From contig NW_004797313.1 of assembly GCF_000002075.1 (NCBI RefSeq), positions 443,628 to 507,627 of the forward strand: 64,000 nucleotides of DNA, written 5' to 3'. Both the position numbers and the translations under genes were made by a program. The DNA comes from Aplysia californica. Taxonomy: Eukaryota. This document shows, piece after piece, positions 63,600-64,000 of the stretch. The notes under the pieces are model-generated. The model was not told where the DNA came from. It ran no database searches and saw nothing but the letters and a program-made list of their open reading frames with translations. The stretch's first letter is position 1, and each line of letters opens with the position of its first letter.

Positions 63600-64000
63600 A
63601 GTGTTTTACGGTGCTCGTAACTGCATAAGGTCATATGAGTGCGCGGGACACATTAAACATTTTCAGTAGCCTAGGTAGGAATCTTAAAATTTGAATTTGC
63701 CTCGGGTGGCGGCCGAAGCTTACTTTTATCGATCTTAGAACACCAAGGGATCTTTATCGTGCGCAACTTGCACTTGGTACCTCCGCGATTTGTTGCCCTT
63801 GTCTGAGAAGGCTAGATTTAGGTGTAGATCTTACCTACTAGAAGATCAGGGGTGTGGCTGAAAGACAGCAGTAAGAAGAACCAAGGAGTAGTAGTAGTAG
63901 TAGAAAGGTTGCAGAAAGAGTCGGGAGCTCAGAGGAGGGGGCGAAGGAGATAAGGGAGTGGGGGCAGAAAAAGGAGATGAAAGCAGACAACATAACATTG
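63600..64000 (-). mobile_element. Third, more diverged copy of the same SINE, cut by the window edge
   Basis: GTGTTTTACGGTGCTCGTAACTGCATAAGGTCATATGAG...AGAAGATCAGGGGTGTGGC. Confidence 0.85.

Noticed and set aside
1-64000. CRISPR array, prokaryotic operon or defence system
   Set aside because: Spliceosomal eukaryotic DNA; no regularly spaced repeat-spacer structure seen.

Overview
AT-rich, intron-rich animal genomic DNA with several N gaps; an invertebrate bilaterian is inferred from gene and repeat content. I reconstructed three protein-coding genes by reading splice sites and checking exon phases. (1) A 25-coding-exon KIF28/KLP-6-type kinesin-3 on the minus strand (10859-33150, about 960 aa) with motor, coiled coil, FHA and C-terminal CaaX 'CVLQ*'. 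Its first coding intron has minor-spliceosome (U12) signatures. (2) A small plus-strand gene (36992-37534, probable first exon near 34700) arranged head-to-head with the kinesin; its C-terminal 70 aa match the register of the synaptonemal-complex protein TEX12. (3) TIMM44 on the minus strand (39916-60032, 15 exons, 460 aa), whose exon 2 appears twice in a 1.4-kb duplicated block that is probably two uncollapsed alleles differing by a SINE insertion. Introns and intergenic DNA carry tRNA-derived SINEs (CORE-type and Deu/Nin-type), a roughly 183-bp headless retroposon family sharing the same 3' tail, LINE fragments, MITEs and microsatellites. No CRISPR, rRNA or bona fide tRNA genes were seen. 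All family assignments come from reading and recall, not from database searches.
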